Positions 61,826 through 64,000 of a stretch of 64,000 bases of DNA are shown in pieces. The stretch's first letter is position 1; each line of letters starts with the position of its first letter. This stretch comes from Catajapyx aquilonaris (Eukaryota): the NCBI GenBank assembly GCA_000934665.2, contig JYFJ02001400.1, forward strand, positions 1-64,000. Reading direction: 5' to 3'. The position numbers and the translations under genes are program-made. The notes below the pieces were generated by a model. It did no database searches and had not been told where the DNA came from. It saw nothing but the letters and a program-made list of their open reading frames with translations.

Positions 61826-63621
61826 TAATATAATTAGCCTATTGACAAACAAATGGCTGCGAAATTACCAAATGAAGTACGACGCACATGCAACCCGATT
61901 CAAATAATATAACGAGTTACGTACACTTTTGATTTAACTTCAGAAAATCCCGGGGCCTGACGCCTGCAATCCGGAAAATGAGAAAAGACGCATAATTTTC
62001 TTGGAATATATAGGGTACCATATGCATAATTATAGGCTAGTCTGGTCTGCCACGCATATCTCGATTGAATGTCACGTGTGGGCAGTAATCAATAAAAACC
62101 AAAAGAAATAGAAATAGACTCTTGAAGTATAGGCATGTTTTCTATTTTTTTCCGTAATTTTGACCAAATTAAACAGGAAGTATCAATTATATTTCTTCAG
62201 CATTTGTGACAGGCACTGACAAGTAAGTCTATTCTAATCAACTAGATCCAAAGTACTTTTTAATAATACCAGAAAATAATAATGAAAGTTTTCTGACGAA
62301 TTGCTTTTACTCGGCCTTGGCCGCATGCGATCCAGTCTTCGCATTTTGCATAATTTGGGAATATTCTGTTGTCTCTCTAAAAGACAAAAACTAATAATTA
62401 AGCCTTTTTACACATTTGCCAATAATGCTAGTACCACAGAGAATAATAAATCCATTATTATCCAAGCAAATGCACAGAATAAGGTTGGGGGTGACACCAT
62501 TTACGAACGTGGTGTCGGTTTAGCTTATTCTTCCAGGCGCCATGGTGCAGCTTGTTCAAATACATGCTGAGTCATTGACTCTTGATAGACTCAACATGAA
62601 AGTGTCCAGTATGCGTAGGTGTATCAACTCCCACATGAGCTGCAAAGACGGAAAATTGCGGTATTTTTGCGACTGGAATAGAAATTGCTAAAACTTGCGT
62701 ATGTGTTATTGGCAACATGTAGCTCAAAGCTTGATACGGCTCGAACTGTGCAAAATGCCAATTTTATATGCTTCAGAGCTTTTGCTATAAGCTGGGTACA
62801 GACTGTGAGTCTCGATTTCCAGATTACACTTAACTAAATTATGCAAAAAAAAACAACACAAAAACTATCATATACCCTTAGGCTACTTATCATCAGTGTA
62901 CAGCATGCTGCTTCACATACGCGCAGGTTCTGTATACTGAACTGTACACAGCCGCACAATCTCTTCCAGAGTCTCGTGTAGGCGCATGTTATGCTCCAGT
63001 GAAAGAAACAGAGCCTCAGAGGCTGCGTCATTACTATTTTTTAAAAACATAATTGAAGGAGGCCGTGCAAAGAGGGGCATGAGTCATGTGTCTGTCCGTT
63101 TGACTCGGCCGTGCCCCTCTTGCACTGCACCATTCAATTTGTGCTTATCAAAGCATTTGGCTTCACAGATAAGCAAGGGTAGCTCTACACTCACATTATG
63201 CAAACTTGGGGAGTTTTTTTTAAAATGACTATGAAGCCGCTTACAATTTCCTTCATGTGCAATCCAGGTATACTATAATCCGGTATAATATATGTTCGTT
63301 CTTTGTATACGTACGAAACTGCGAACACGATGCAGTTGTCATATACTTTTCCATAAGTATAAAGGTAAGGCGTATAAAAATGATGCATAGATCCCTCTCT
63401 GCGTTTTTTGCAATTATTTTTTTAAAAAATGGTTTTCGAATATTTCCCGGGGGTTCAGGTAGTATGTAGTTTGCGATTAAACCGTTTGGGAGCAGCAGTG
63501 GTTAGGCGACGCTGCTGCTCTCTGGCCGATCGCCGGGGAACTAATCCACTTCCGGTCCCCGCCAAAAATGGTCGCAATCCGACGCCGAAGACGCCGACCA
63601 CGTGCTGCACGAAGATGGACC

Positions 63622-64000
63622 ATGCCGGCCGTAGGAAGCTTGAAACCACTTGGGAATGTCGGGGTAGGCGGCCAGGGTTGCAGGCCACAACTGAGCGCAA
63701 TTTGGGATTGTTACATGGCCGTTACCGTTAAGTTCATAACTTACTTTTGTGAGCCACAATGTTACAACAGGTGTTGACCCTTGCAGGCCCGAACAACCAG
63801 CTGTACTTTCCGTACCCGCCGCCTCCGTACAACATGTGCACCCAGGGCGCATTCCTCGTGCAGTACCCGCCGCAGTACCTGTACGGCTTCAATACTCCAC
63901 CGCCCCCGGTCATGCAGATGCCCTACACAAACGGCGTACCGTCTGTCCCTGCCAGCCATACACTCAGCCCGCAGATGGTTCCGCCACCCCCAGGCTACCG
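63622..64000 (+). CDS. 5' part of an unidentified Pro/Tyr-rich protein gene, truncated by the window edge
   Basis: Exon 63622-63663 (MPAVGSLKPLGNVG|gtaggc; the in-frame ATG at 63568 is an alternative start). Acceptor at 63770, then an open frame VLTLAGPNNQLYFPYPPPPYNM...PPPPGY to the end of the window. Confidence 0.55.

Overview
This is eukaryotic genomic DNA, most likely from an arthropod (an insect outside Diptera); that assignment is inferred from the arthropod-type mitochondrial EF-Tu2, the short introns and the CpG pattern. The window has three zones. (1) 1-10.1 kb holds no convincing CDS. It reads as the first intron and non-coding first exon (minus strand, donor at 9833) of a gene whose body lies left of the window, and it is strikingly rich in CAGGTG E-boxes. 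(2) 11-36.7 kb is a compact housekeeping cluster of eight spliced or single-exon genes: HAUS1, DET1, RNF115/126 (Iruka-like), a C3orf38 homolog, an unrecognised 331-aa gene, mitochondrial EF-Tu2, a BC-box/LRR protein and PIGO. Six of them form three head-to-head pairs with YY1-type motifs. (3) 37-64 kb is repeat-rich: a Chapaev3 deletion derivative, tRNA-derived SINEs (one with a V-SINE-like core), and Tc1/mariner-, pogo-, Harbinger- and CACTG-type MITEs. It also carries the most unusual feature. Three apparently unrelated ORF-track entries can be spliced, through a GC-AG intron and an 18-nt microexon, into one ~1111-aa secreted, Cys-free, Met/Lys/Thr-rich protein. That protein is built of repeated amphipathic-helix modules separated by acidic spacers ending in Arg/dibasic sites, which suggests a processed polyprotein. 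A Pro/Tyr-rich gene begins at the right edge. All exon models were read by eye and need RNA-seq or homology confirmation.
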